Shown here: positions 13,473-25,320 of the stretch, piece after piece
Numbering within the stretch: position 1 is the stretch's first letter
Layout: each line of letters begins with the position of its first letter
Assembly (NCBI GenBank): GCA_951406725.2
Contig: OX597838.1
Coordinates: forward strand, 23,746,001 to 23,810,000
DNA from: Octopus vulgaris
Taxonomy: Eukaryota
DNA length: 64,000 nucleotides
Reading direction: 5' to 3'
Program-made: the position numbers and the translations under genes
The notes under the pieces: model-generated
The model's input: only the letters and a program-made list of their open reading frames with translations
The model's database searches: none
Told to the model about the DNA's origin: nothing

Positions 13473-13700
13473 TACTAACCCCAAGATTCCGAGTTCGATT
13501 CCAGGCAGTGACCTAAATAATAATAATAATAACATCAAAATGAGGAATAAGACCCAGGTTTGAAATTTCCCCAAGACACCTGATGAAGGCTGGATGGTAT
13601 ATCAGCCGAAACATTGTGTTAACAACAAACAAGATGAGGACAAATATCTGTCAAATGTAAATAATGTAAATAATTCCTCATCTCTTAAATATAGAACTGT
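13473..13700 (+). mobile_element. 5'-truncated tRNA-headed short element carrying a hammerhead motif, inserted in an RTE LINE remnant
   Basis: tactaaccccaagattcc-GAGTTCGATTCC (B box) matches the tRNA-like head at 33542-33617 (minus). It is followed by (AAT)n and the hammerhead at 13575. RTE-like translation resumes on both sides. Confidence 0.7.
13575..13620 (+). ncRNA. Minimal type-I hammerhead ribozyme motif with a stem III substitution
   Basis: gacac-CTGATGA-a-ggctg(10 nt)cagcc-GAAACATT-gtgtt. Stems I and II pair. AACATT replaces the palindromic AACGTT seen in the 43507 motif. Confidence 0.72.
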
Positions 13701-14073
13701 ATCGGATGTTGTGTGCAAGAGAGAAGATTGCGCTTGTTTGTTTATGTGATACATATGGATGAGGACTTATTCTTTGAAAGCTTAGTACTTATTCTATTGG
13801 CCTCTTTTGCCAAACCACTAAGTTACGGGGGACATAAACACACCAGCATCGGTTGTCAAGTGATGTTGGGGGGACAAACACAGACACACAAACACACACA
13901 CGTATACGTATATATGACGGGCTTCATTCAGTTTCCATCTACCAAATCCACTCAAAGGCTTTGGTTGGCCCGGGGTTATGGTAGAAGACACTTGCCCAAG
14001 GTGCCACGCAGTGGGACTGAACCCGGAACAATGTGGTTGGTAAGCAAGCTACTTACCACACAGCCACTCCTGT

Positions 14074-14152
<79 letters not shown>

Positions 14153-14182
14153 CAAAATAAGCAACAAGGATATCCAGAGGTA

Positions 14183-14271
14183 ATGCAGTACGATTGTCTC
14201 ATGCAACTCCATTTAATTGAACAATGCAATCATTACATCAATTTAAAATGTAGAGCAATCTTCAGCTGCAC
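14183..14271 (-). ncRNA. Degenerate type-I hammerhead motif with long stem II insert
   Basis: Minus strand: gtgcag-CTGAAGA-ttgc...gcat-GAGAC-aatc-GTA-ctgcat. Stem I has 6 bp; GAAA is mutated to GAGA. Confidence 0.55.
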
Positions 14272-14734
14272 AAAAACAGAATTTAATTAAATTAGAAGGG
14301 CACATTAGTATAATTTTACTCCAAATCTCCAAGAGGATAAGGAGATAGACAAAGAACATGTTTTATCAACAACATCACAGTTGTAACTGAAATTTTTTCC
14401 AAAGAAGACACTGCTTTTCACTGATTATTTCTGTTATTTAGTTTTAATTACAGAGGGGGTGGTCAGTTTTTTTTATAGGCTAGTTTATCAAATCTGAGAG
14501 AAGACAGAGGGTCGTATTAGTTTGGGGTGGGGTAGAGTTGGTGGAGTAGATAGACATTCTACCATGGCATAGTCATAAATCAAGATTTATTTGAAGCAAT
14601 GTCGGGAGGTTTAGTAAGAGAATACTTCAAACAAGATGTTGGCTGCTATTAAGCAGACCAATGCTAATGGGACAGGGGAAATCATAGCATGTATTACTAC
14701 AGTTAACTTCTATAAAACAATGCTGCTATATCAT

Positions 14735-15160
14735 CCTCATCATCATCGTTTAACATCTGCTTTCCATGCTAGCATGGGTTGGATGTGTGACTGAGGGCTG
14801 GCGAACCAGATGGCTGCACCAGGCTTCAATCTTGATCTGGCAGAGTTTCTACAGCTGAATGCCCTTCCTAATGCCAACCACTCCGAGAGTGTAGTGGGTG
14901 CTTTTACATGCCACCGGCACAGGACCAGCCAGGCGGCACTAGCAACAACCTCACTCAAATCTTTTACACATGTCACCGGCGTGGGTGCCAGTAAGGCGAT
15001 GCTGGTAACGATCATGCTCGAATGGTGTTTTTTACGTGCCACTGGCACAGAGGCCGCTCTGGCAACGATCACGCTCGGATGGTGCTCTTAATACCCTACT
15101 AGCATGGGGCTCGAGTGCCAGTAGTGGGATGCTGGTAATGATCACGCTCGAATGGTGCCC
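14735..15160 (-). mobile_element. Interspersed repeat family C with (GAT)n tail and variable internal tandem units (others - at 15345, 28900, 36727, 37245; + at 9710, 23440)
   Basis: Shared ggttggcattaggaagggcat.cagctgtagaaac ... ccaacccatgctagcatggaaag...gttaaacgatgatg on the element strand. Confidence 0.85.
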
Positions 15161-17184
15161 TTTATATATATATATATATATATATATACAGATAAAGTTT
15201 AGGGTTATTCCAAAGATTATTAAGAAGAATATTTATGAATTTATGTTTCTTCCACCCTTAATGCTACCAGCCATGGAGGTCCTGTAATAACAGTCATGGC
15301 CACTGCCTCTCATCCTGTAAGGTATATATGCATATGTGTATCATCATGATCATCATCATTTAACGTCCATTTTCCATGCTGGAATGGGTTGGATGGTTTG
15401 ACAGGAACTGGTTGGCTGAAGAGCTGCTCTGGCTCCATGTCTATTTTGATATGGTTTCGATGGTCGGATGCCCTTCCTAATGCCAATCACATTACAGAGT
15501 GTACTGGGTGCTTTTACACAACCTTGGCACAGGCACTTTCATGTGGTACCAGAACAGGTCTTTTTACATGGCACCAGCACCTACAAGCCTGCAGGAGTAG
15601 GACTGGTCAGCTGAAGAGGAATGTAAGGGACATGTCTTGTATGCAAGGACAACCAAAATTTTACTTAGCTTGACATGTCTTCTCAAGCCCAGCAAACCGC
15701 CAGAAGTCTCGGTCTCATATATATAACATATGGGACCAGGGGTGGTTATTGATGGGTCTGTGTCAAAAGGGTTATGCTATCAGTTATTTTACTAAATCCA
15801 TCGCTATTTTTAAAATGTATTTGTGTATGCATGTGTGTAGAGTATAATCTGCCTTGGGTATGACAATAAGTTGCATCCTAGAGTGAGGCCCCAGTTGTGG
15901 TGTTGTGGGGAACATTAAGTAACCCCTTAATTACCATTACCTCCAAGTCCATTCTGATCTGGAATGGTAGTAGCTATCAGGGTCTCATCTATGGGTTAAA
16001 AAGATTTTCCAAGGGAAGAGGAGGCTCCCAATATTTTTGACAAAGCTGTGGGGGAAAGCAGCTCTTCTAAGAGAAAGATACTCTGACATAAACCTTACAG
16101 TCAATACTGTGCCAGTTGTCTTGCAGTGTTTGTCACAGGAACCTACTATGGTAACCGAAAGAGTGACAAAAGTGTTGTACAAGCTTCTATCACTTAAATC
16201 CATTGATGTATAGATGTCTCACTGTTGTTTCTGTGAGATGGCTACATATATATATATACATACAAAAACATGTGTGTATATATATGTGTATATGTCTATG
16301 TATGTATGTATATATATGTCTGACTGTGTGTGTATGTATTTATATGTGTGTGTGTATGTGTAGACACAAATTGGTTCAACAGTTAAGAAGTTTACTTTAT
16401 TGCCATGAGTTAGTGGGTTCAATCCCACGGCATGCCATCTTGGGCAAGAGTCATTTTCTGTAGCTACAGGTTGACCTATTATGTGTAACTGGAAACGATG
16501 TAGACACCTGCCAGGTGGATTATACCTTGTCATTTAAAAGGTGCTGCTTTGACACACTCTGTGTCATACTAGTTAACCCTGAGAATTACGCATGGCTGGG
16601 TACGCATTAAAAAAATTTGCTGAATAGCTGTCTGGTACCACTGGGGTCTGATACTGCATGCTATCTCGAGAAAGTATCTTCTACCATAAGCTTTGAGTTA
16701 GCTGATATCGTGTGAGTGGAATTTGGTAAATGGAAACTGTATAGAAGCCCATGTATGTGTGTGAATGTAAATTATGTATTTATATAAAGACCTGGCACTC
16801 TGTCGGTCATGTCAATGAGGGTTCCAGTTGATCTGATCGACAGAATAGCGTGCTTGTGAAATTAACATGCAAGTGGCTGAGCGTTCCACAGACATGTGTA
16901 CCCTTAACGTAGTTCTCAGGGAGATTCAGCATGACACAGAATCTTTCCTTTTCTCCTCAAGACACAAGGCCCAAAATTTTTCAGGAAGGGGGACAAGGGC
17001 ACAAAGTACTGCTGGAATTGAACTCATGACTTTACGAATGTGTATCAAATACCCTAACCGTTATGCCATACACCTTCACCACACACACGTGCATGTGTAT
17101 ATGAAGGTATGTACCTTTTGCTGATGTATGTTTACATCATCATGAGTGATGCAAGCATCTGTAAGAAAATTGGATGATGAAAAA

Positions 17185-17420
17185 GGGCGGTGAGCTGGCA
17201 GAAACGTTAGCACACCGGGCGAAATGCTTAGCAGTATTTCGTCTGTCTTTACATTCTGAGTTCAAATTCCGCCGAGGTCAACTTTGCCTTTCATCCTTTT
17301 GGGATCGATAAATTAAGTACCAGTTACGCACTGGGGTCGATGTAATCGACTTCATCCCTTTGTCTGTCCTTGTTTGTCCCCTCTATGCTTAGCCCCTTGT
17401 GGGCAATAAAGAAATAAGAA
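17185..17420 (+). mobile_element. tRNA-derived SINE family A, representative copy (others + at 18886, 22121, 23805, 24305, 33043, 33315; - at 18655, 29215, 43155)
   Basis: ggcggtgagcTGGCAGAAACGTTAG (A box) ... GAGTTCAAATTCC (B box), then actttgcctttcatcc...gataaattaagtacc body and an A-rich tail. More than 25 copies in the window. Confidence 0.9.
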
Positions 17421-17834
17421 AATTGGAGGATAAAAAAAACAAACACAAAAAAACAGCGCTCATTTTGACTGATTTAAATCCATTGAGATATTTTTTTCTG
17501 CATTTCCTTGTTGCTTTTACCATCAAAATTGCTGTGAATCAGTGAGTGGTCCATTTGGGAATCTATTACAATATAAATAATAAACTTTTTATTTTAACAT
17601 ATGTTGCTGGGATTTCTAGGGAATTTAAGAACAAAAGAAAATAACTAATAATAACAAAAACAATAACAATAATAATAATAATAATTATAATAATGAAAAT
17701 ATCATTTCTAATCTTATTTCTGTAGTAACAATGTTTTGGTTAATAAAAATCATTAACCACATTTTCAACTGTCATATTATTGCATATTTATATATCTATA
17801 TTCTTATATATGTTTAATGGTGTATATAATATAG

Positions 17835-17924
17835 GTTTGTACTGAAAGATGATAGCAACACCTCTTCACTTAATGAATACTCACCAACAGCTGTTGCTAA
17901 AATGAAGAGCGGTGGTAACGCTAA
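17835..17924 (+). CDS. INO80B: INO80B internal exon, 90 nt (phase 2/2)
   Basis: atag| acceptor and |gtaagt donor. Open in the required frame (FVLKDDSNTSSLNEYSPTAVAKMKSGGNA) and phase-compatible with both neighbours. Low-conservation region, so support is from splice sites and frame only. Confidence 0.75.
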
Positions 17925-20649
17925 GTAAGTTCGTTAACTATTTTTGTTTCATGTTTGTGTGTTGGTGTTGTTGTTTTGCCCGCAGACATCAAGCCTAGCC
18001 CAGCACGGCTGACCTGGGGCTTTACAAAGGCATTCCAGCCTTTTCCGCTCTGTCTTTTATGTATATCTAGGACTAATGTTGTCCAACGTTTTCCTTTCTG
18101 TTTTAGTTTTTTAAGATGGAAAGGTGTGATTTCGGGGGTTGCTTGGCTGCTGTTTTTAGCAGGTCAAAGCAGATGTTACAGAGCAGTGGCACTCAAAACG
18201 GTGTGCTGCTTGCTGCTGCACACTGACTTCATCAGAAGGCATATGTAGGTGTGTTGTGGGGTTTTTGAAAATATAATTTTTAAGGTTTTAGCAAAATTTG
18301 TACTAATGCTTGAGTATTTTGGAAAACATGTTATTCAACATTTTTGACATACACAAATATTACTAATAAGATGAGATAAGCATCATCATCATTATCATCA
18401 ACATCCTCATCATCATCATTTTCATCATCATTTATTTAACATCCTTTTCTATATGCTTGCATGGTTCAGACAGAATTTGTTGAAGCAAGTTTACCTTGGC
18501 TGGATGTCCTTCCTGTTGCTAACCCTCACCTGTTTTTATAAACAAAGTTAATATTTTCTCCTCATGGCTGGACATGTTCCCAAGGAAGACTGCAAATGGA
18601 TAACATAGGTTGTCTGGTGGTGACACTCATTTTCCAGTAATTATGCCAAATTGGCTTCAAATTCTGGCATAAGGCCAGCTGGTTTGGGAGAAGGGCTAAG
18701 TCAATTACATTGACCCCCCACTTCCCCAGTGTTTGACTGGTACTTATTTAATTGACCCTGAAAGGAGAAAAGGCAAAGTCGACCTCAGCAGAATTTGAAT
18801 TCAGATCCTGAAGACATTTGAAATGCTGCCAAACATTTCACCTGGCATGCTAATGATTGCTATCATACAATATTAAAATATAGAAAGGTGACGAACTGGC
18901 AGAAATGTTAGCACACTGGGCGAAATGCTTAGCAGTATTTCGTCTGTCTTTACGTTCTGAGTTCAAATTCCACTGAGGTCAACTTTGCCGTTTATCCTTT
19001 CAGGATCGATAAATTAAATACCAGTTGCACGCTGGGGTCAATCTAATCGACTGGTCCTCTCCCCCAAAATTTCGAGCCTTGTGCCTAGAGTGGAAAAGAA
19101 TATTAAAATATGGAGATGCAAACTCACATGCACATACACACAAGCACACCATTTTAATGTCCACTTTTCTCTGCTTGCATGGGCTGGATAGAGTTTATTG
19201 AGGTAGATTTTCTATAGCTGAATGCCTTTCCTATCATTAACCCCCACCTGTTTCTAAGGAACGTTTATGGCGAGTTAATGCGGAACTTACAACTCTTATA
19301 GCCTGACAATGAATTCTCATTATTTGTACTTACCATCATAGGTTATGTACAAACAAATTTGCATGAAAGCCTAGAAATACTTGGTTTCACGGAGAAAGAG
19401 CAAAAGAAATGACCTGGATTTTCCAAATTCAATCTATTAGTGTTGCAGTGAAAATTTCTAAGACATTCCAAAAATTCTCCATCTGAAATTCTTATGTGAA
19501 TAGATGCACACACTTGGGTGTATGCATCGACATTTCAACGAACATAGTAACTCAACCACAAATTTACAAACACTGGCAACTCTCTCAACTCAAAGAGTCT
19601 TGTTGCTATATTAGTGACTGACTTGCACTCTCTTCAGTTGAACTTGAATAAAACTCATACTTGAAGAAAAATCATACATACATATATATATATACACACA
19701 CACAAACACATGACTGGCTTCTTTCAGTTTTTGTCTACCAGATCCACTCACAATGCTTTGGTCAACTTGGGTTGGGCTATAGTAGACAAGACCTTCCCAA
19801 GAAGCACACTTCTTAATCATATAGCTATGCCTTTGTCTTAAGTGATAAGTTTCAATATTTTTTCTAGATTTTTCTCTATGAGAGACCTTCCCTGTCATGT
19901 GCACCAGTAGTTTTTTTTTTCTTTCTGTTTACATTTCAGAAGACCATGAAATGCAAAAGGTAAAGTTCAACTGATGTAGAGGCTGTTTTGTGATATAGGT
20001 ACAATATTGATTTTCCAGAAGCTTTGGTTCCAAAATACCTGGCTGTTGTTGTCGTTCCTTACTACTGCCTCCAGGTGCTCAGCTTCCTTCTGTCCAGAAC
20101 TTCTCCTGGTCATCTGAGATGGCATTGTTACGTATCTGGTTGAGCCGGTGGTACTCATTCATGTTGTTATGCATGTGAGCCTTGTGGCAACAATTAATTA
20201 TCTCCAGCATCCACATTGAGATTCAGAGCCACTGGGGAAGAAGTCTTGGGTTTACTAGGACATCACGTGTAGACTGGCTGACACTTGATTTGGAGATCCC
20301 TCAGTTGTCAGTCTCATTCTTGGCCAGGGTGTCAAAGCGATTGGTGATAGAGCATGTGAATGTTGAGGTGATGTTGGGATCACAGAGACAGGTTGAGTCA
20401 GGGTGAGGCTGGTACTTCAATGTTTGGTTTCACAACCATTCTAGATTACTGGTTTTTCCAAACTAGGAATGGTCATCTTGGTCAACACGTTCTAAATTAG
20501 ATAAATATTAAATTTATTCAAATAATTAAATGAAATGCAGGTATTTGTACATTAATATAAATGATACAAGTTTATTAATACAGTACTGTGGTTAAATGGC
20601 CACGAATTTGAAGATCCTGCTTATAAATTCTTCTTTTTCTTCTTAAATC

Positions 20650-21080
20650 CCTAACTAGCGACTGGAACGGGAGGCTGCCCTCTCAACCAATATGCTGCTG
20701 TGAGTGCTGTTGGATGATGGACTCTGGTTTATGATGTTATTCCAAGCTTTTCGACCCATGTCGCTTGCTCTAGCATGCTTGAGGTCAAGGCGCTGTGAAC
20801 TCAAGTCTTCCTCAGTTTGCTCTGCCCATGTTTTCTTTGGTGCGTTGTGCTAGATTCTCTAGTGTGTGAGTCACTGCTTCCACAAAAGTCGGTGTGGTAG
20901 TCTTCTGGTGCTCATGCAGCAGACATGGCCAAACCACTGTAGCCTGCAGTGCTGGACTTGGCCCTCAATAGTCAGCTGCAGCTGGCATCGTTCTCAGATG
21001 TATATTAGTGCAGAATATAGGAGGTTCCAGATCAGTGTCTGGAAAATCCGTGTTGTATCTGTATTGGCCTGTGTTAGATA
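20650..21080 (-). mobile_element. RTE-like LINE 3' remnant
   Basis: Minus-strand translation gives RLQWFGHVCCMSTRRLPHRLL and PKKTWAEQTEEDL, typical non-LTR C-terminal motifs. Confidence 0.7.
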
Positions 21081-22520
21081 AATATGTTGAAATGTAACCA
21101 ATAATGGGGAATCTTTATATGGTTGAAATAGCAGCCAGGTTCCTTCTTATCACAGCTATGAACTATAAGTAACCCTTGTTACAGTATGCCTGAAATAATA
21201 TAGGACAGGCTGTTCACTGCTGGAATGTCTTTTGATTAGGATATTGTTCTGCTCGAACAGGGTTAACTTGGAGGTTCAATAACAACAGGGATGTCATAGT
21301 TGTGTGGTTGAGTGTCATTAAAAAAACTATGCAACAAATCACTGAAGATTTTTATGATTCAGTGGTGCTGTCTGCATGAAAGGACAATAGTCAAGTTATT
21401 GTTAATATGTTTAATCTAGTGAGTGTCACAAATCTAATCTAATAAGAAATAATTATGCAGTAAGGGAAAAGATGACTAACTTAGTGACTAATATTGTTTT
21501 AATCATTTTGGCAAGTATGGGAGACAACTGTGGACATGTTTCAATCTTTTTTTAGACCTTTTCAGTGAGTCAAACTTTGCTGTGCTTTTAATAAGGCTGA
21601 TACCTGTTTGGAGTTGTGTCCCTTACTTATGAAATGACCTGCTCAATGACAGATATTTTAAAATTGTTTTTTTCCGCATAGCATAAATATTGATTTATGA
21701 TGTACATTATTTAAATATGTTAACATAAGGCCACAAATTTTGCAGAAGGTGGGGTGGACTGTGGTATAGTTGGGTATCGACTCCAATACTTGACCACTAC
21801 ATGTTTTATCTCTTCTGGAAGAATGAAAGTCAGAATGGACCATGTCAGGATTTGAACTCTGAACTCAGAACTCAGGTACTAAATACAACGAAACAAGTTG
21901 TATGTCACATTATGGATTCTGCCACTTCATCAGAAATTGGGTGGTTGATGGTGGAGTTGTTAGCATGTTTGTTATATGTTGCAGTATTTCCTCTGGGTCT
22001 TTAATGCTTTGGGTTGAAATCCTGCTGAGCTGAACTTTGCCTTTCATTCCTCCTGGGTCAGTATTGATTTCATTAGAAATCAATATCACATGTTAATCTT
22101 GCTCAATATTTACTTCATATAAGGTGGTGAACTGGCTGAGTCATTAGCATGCTAGACAAAATGCTTAGCAGCATTTCATCTGATTTTACATTCTGAGTTC
22201 AAATACAGCCAGAGTCAATTGTTCCCTTCTTCCTTTTGGAGTCAATAAAATAGGTACCAGCTGAGCATTGGGGTCGATGTATCTGACTTACCCCTTTCCC
22301 TAAAATTGCTGGTTTTGTGCTAAAATTTGAAGTCAATATTTACTTCAAATGCAGGGCTTTCTCACCCCACCCCTATGGAATTGTACTTGAAGTTTGATAC
22401 CTTCTTACCTTAAATGTTGTGACAGTTAAATAAATATTCTTTTTGTTGTTTCGTTGCAAGTAAGCAAGTCCACTTTAGAGTATTGTGTTTAACAACTTTT
22501 TCTTCTCTTCATTCCTTCAG

Positions 22521-22669
22521 ACTGGCTTCCTTGGAAGACGAACCGGTCGATGTTGATGACACCCAGTTACCTGATCCCTTAGCGTCTGCTATCCACCCCA
22601 GTTACTTGACTTCAAACAGTATAATTTCTGGTATAATGGCACCAAGTATCAACCCATGGGGATCATCGA
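22521..22669 (+). CDS. INO80B: INO80B internal exon (phase 2 in, 1 out)
   Basis: Strong ttccttcag| acceptor and |gtgagt donor. Encodes LASLEDEPVDVDDTQLPDP...PWGSS and supplies the phase change needed to reach the next exon. Confidence 0.88.
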
Positions 22670-24082
22670 GTGAGTATCTAACCCTTTAATGTTCAAACCG
22701 GCCATATTCAGCCCAAATATTCTTCTAGGAATTTGTATCATCAAACCAGGGTTGGTTTCAGGTGGGTTGGTATAAAAACATGTAAAAGTTGATCTGATTG
22801 ACCACTAATAATTTGCCAGCATTTAGAGTTTTGTTCTTATGCTAGAACTTACTATTTAGGGTGGTGGGTTAGCAGTCACATGAACATTGGATAAAATAGC
22901 ATATTGAAAATATATAAGATTCATAGGATAAAAAAAGGATAAAGACCCTTCCTGAGTCATGTAGACTCATGAAGGTTTGTTTCCTGCTCAAGAACACAAC
23001 GCAACACCCAGTCTGGGAACAGAACCCATGATCTCACAATCATAAGTGCAACACCTTAACCACTGAGCCATGCGCCTTCACCTGTGTGTGTGTGTGTGTA
23101 ATTTGGACTTGGATATCTTATGTTCCTTTCTAGACAAAACATCATTAATTTTCCCTTTGTCAAAATTGATAACAAGCAAACAGGAAAGAGACAGTGATTA
23201 GTAATGCCTCACCCTGGAGGAATGAACAAAATGACAGGAGTATTCCATCACATTTACACAAAATTCTTTGGCTCAGTGTTTTTTTTTCTTTCTCCTTGTT
23301 ATCAGTTATAAAGAAGTTAATATTGATGAAGTCATTTTGTCTTGAGAGGAACACAAGATATTCCAGTTCAAATTTTGAATTTCTCTGTTCCTGTGTGTTT
23401 GTCATTTTGGGATTCTAAAATTAAAGTGCCACATGAAAAGCAATGGTGTGGGTGCTGGTGCCACACAAAAAGAACTGGTGCTGGTGCCATGTAAAAAGCA
23501 CCCAGTACACTCTGTAAAGTGGTTGGCATTAGGAAGGGAACCCAACCGTAGAAGCCAAACTAAGACAGACTATGGAACATGGTGCTGGCCCTGGCCTTGT
23601 TAGTTCTTGTCAAGCTGTCCAACCCATGCCAACATGGAAAACGGATGTTAAATGTTGATGTGATGATGATGAACCTGAAGAAGACATACTGTCAAAATAT
23701 TGTTCAATCAAATAAAACCGTTGATCTGTATTTATTATATTGTGTTCTTAAATTGTATATCCCTTTGTGCAGAATTACATCACTCTTCGTAAATTACTGC
23801 TACTAAGATGGCAAGCAGGCAGGGTTTTTAGCATGCTGGGCAAAATGCTTAGCAGCATTTTGTCCATCTTTATATTCTGAGTTCAAATTCTGCCAAGGCT
23901 GACTTTGCTTTACATCTTTACAGGGTTGATAAAGTAAGTACCAGTTGAGCACAAGGGTTGATGTAATCAGCTTACACCTGTCCTTAAAGCTGCTGACCTT
24001 GTGCCAAAGTTTGAAACCTGGTGGCAAATATAAGATATCATCATCATTATTATTATTATTATTATATTATTATTATTATTAA

Positions 24083-24302
24083 CCCTTTCATTACTGTATT
24101 TATTTAGAGATGCTCTGTGTTTCTTTCAAGTACTTTAAATATAACAAAGAATTTAGTAAAATAACTTAGTTATCATTAACCTGGTGTTAGTTACATACAT
24201 TGTGACTAAGGTTTGGTGGAAGATTTTAGTTCAGAACTTTTGAAAACAAGACATTTGTACCCAGAGTCAGAGCTGGTTTCAGCCAGGCTAGTAACAAAAG
24301 GG
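24083..24302. mobile_element. piggyBac-like MITE
   Basis: TTAA|CCCTTTCATTACT ... AGTAACAAAAGGG|TTAA: TIRs with a TTAA target-site duplication. Confidence 0.8.
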
Positions 24303-24573
24303 TTAAGGTGGCAAGCTGGTAGAATTGTCTGCACACTGAGTTCATATTCCGCTGAGGTTGACTTTGTCTTTCATCCTTTTGGGGTTGATAAAATAAGTAC
24401 CTCTTGAGCACTGGAGTCAATGTAATCGACTTACTTCCTCCCTTAGAATTATTGGCCTTGTGCCAAAATTTGAAACCATCATTGTTGTTGTTATGATCAT
24501 TGTAGTCATTTAATTGGTTATATAAGAGTAATTCTAATGTTGTTTTTGTCTGTTTATTCCACTAATATCTTAG

Positions 24574-24749
24574 TTGACTTTGATATGACTCCTGAGAAAG
24601 TTGAAGACACACCTGAAGACGGAGAGGAGAAGAAAGAGGAAACTTCTGATGAAGAACAAGCCTGGTTGGATGCTCTGGAAGCTGGTGAACTGGATGATTT
24701 TGGTGAGATCCGCAAACCTAAAGATCCAAACTTGTTGACAGCGAGACAG
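24574..24749 (+). CDS. INO80B: INO80B internal exon (phase 1 in, 0 out)
   Basis: cttag| and |gtgagt. Encodes DEEQAWLDALEAGELDDFGEIRKPKDPNLLTARQ, the WLDALE.GELD...LLTARQ motif of INO80B. Confidence 0.95.
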
Positions 24750-25268
24750 GTGAGTCAAGGAAACTATTTTTTCTTGTTGTTTTTCTTTTTTTTACTACAA
24801 CTTTTTGTTTATTTCTCTTTTGGAATTGTAGTTGATATTACATTTTTGCCAATTCTACACTTTCTCTCTCTCTTTCTCTTGAAATATATGGTGGGGTTGT
24901 GTGCATGCATGTGTGTGTTTGTATGTGTGTGCACACATGCACGTGTGTCTGTATTGTCATCATCAGAGGAAGGTGGAAGGGGAGGGGCAATGGGCCACAA
25001 ACCCTGGAGCAAATGGTGTGCTCAGCTACACCCTGCAGTGATGACAGTGACAGCGTTGCTGCAGAGAATGGCCAGCGGCACTCACTGCTGCAGCCGCTCC
25101 ATCTTGCAGGTCCCATAATTCAGCATTGAATCAGTGACGCCAAACCAGTCGTAACCATTATCTGTTTGGTGTGTGTGTGTGGGGGGGAGTGTTTCTGTGT
25201 GTTTGTGAGAGTGTGTCTTTTCTACATTAATACTTTGAACTTATTGACCCTTTTCTTTTAACCAACAG

Positions 25269-25320
25269 AGGGCATTGCTGCATGGAAAACAAGAACAAGA
25301 ACTTCTAGAGTTGCCATCAG
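25269..25320 (+). CDS. INO80B: INO80B internal exon (phase 0 in, 1 out)
   Basis: caacag| and |gtaaac. Encodes RALLHGKQEQELLELPS, completing the conserved TARQRALL motif. Confidence 0.92.

Larger units (their letters stand above)
13165..13765 (+). mobile_element. RTE-clade LINE RT/C-terminal remnant, interrupted at 13473-13700
   Basis: LEVVNSFRYL...VVARIRMSWVKFRRLLPLLVTKGLSLRVKHRLYDVCVRTA, then AEDLQRLERNE, then QERRLRLFVYVIHMDED. Contains stops and deletions. Confidence 0.8.

Noticed and set aside
24750-25118. Read-through of the 193-aa ORF beyond LLTARQ
   Set aside because: Consensus gtgagt donor at 24750; the conserved protein continues in exon 25269 and the extension is low-complexity.
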